Of a stretch of 25,174 bases of DNA, positions 24,880 through 25,174 are shown in pieces. Numbering within the stretch: the stretch's first letter is position 1; every line of letters begins with the position of its first letter. The notes below the pieces were generated by a model. That model worked only from the letters and a program-made list of their open reading frames with translations, was not told the DNA's origin and ran no database searches. The DNA is from Promethearchaeia archaeon (GTDB taxonomy: Archaea; Asgardarchaeota; Lokiarchaeia; Sigyniarchaeales; SOKP01): NCBI GenBank assembly GCA_029856105.1, contig JAHQWH010000158.1, positions 1 through 25,174 on the forward strand, written 5' to 3'. A program made the translations under genes and the position numbers.

Positions 24880-25174
24880 GTGTCTATCGTTGATTTACTA
24901 GTTCCGATGTTTTTAAGTTTTAGAGAAGGTTTAGAATCTGTTATTATTGTAGTTATTATTTTATCCTATTTAAAGAGCACAAACCAAAAAAGTTATTATA
25001 AATACGTGTATATCGGAGCTATTTTGGCCGTAATTTTCAGTATTATTTTTTCTATTGTCTTCTCGTTAATATTGGGAGGATTTACAGGAATATTGGAAAA
25101 ATTATTCGAAGGATATACTTTTGTTATTTCTGGAATATTTATTGTAACACTCATTTTATGGATAAGTAAAGAGG
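24880..25174 (+). CDS. FTR1-family iron permease, 5' part (runs off the window)
   Basis: GAGGT SD, GTG start, then SIVDLLVPMFLSFREGLESVIIVVIILSYL with the RExxE iron-binding motif, a hydrophobic helix and EKLFEG. Confidence 0.88.
   Translation, partial: MSIVDLLVPMFLSFREGLESVIIVVIILSYLKSTNQKSYYKYVYIGAILAVIFSIIFSIVFSLILGGFTGILEKLFEGYTFVISGIFIVTLILWISKE

Noticed and set aside
1-25174. CRISPR array, tRNA or rRNA genes
   Set aside because: No regularly spaced direct repeats near tnpB or elsewhere, and no cloverleaf- or rRNA-like GC-rich segments were seen.

Overview
AT-rich archaeal chromosomal segment, most likely from an Asgard archaeon (Lokiarchaeia/Promethearchaeota). This is inferred from small longin/roadblock-like proteins, GGAGGTGA-type Shine-Dalgarno (SD) sites, TATA-like promoter elements and a TrmB-like regulator. 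It encodes a YtcJ-like amidohydrolase, a long helical-repeat/TPR protein, a geranylgeranyl-reductase-like flavoprotein, thioredoxin with an HTH regulator, an MFS transporter and a tocopherol-cyclase/AttH-like protein. It also carries a duplicated FAD-oxidoreductase / acetoacetate-decarboxylase-family cluster with a CCG Fe-S protein, a GNAT, a dsrEFH(tusDCB)-like trio, a TnpA-less IS200/IS605 TnpB element and the start of an FTR1 iron permease. Three observations stand out. (1) At least four genes appear to start at ATT or ACG, 6-8 nt after an SD site and just after an in-frame stop; two are paralogues whose N-termini align exactly at the non-AUG codon. (2) A PEP-synthase-like dikinase appears split three ways: free ATP-grasp domain, free phospho-His domain and an unknown 455-aa putative acceptor-binding subunit. 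(3) An intergenic unit of SD, 9-codon ORF, GC-rich hairpin and T-tract lies beside that system. No rRNA, tRNA or CRISPR array was seen. All calls come from reading motifs; no database searches were run.
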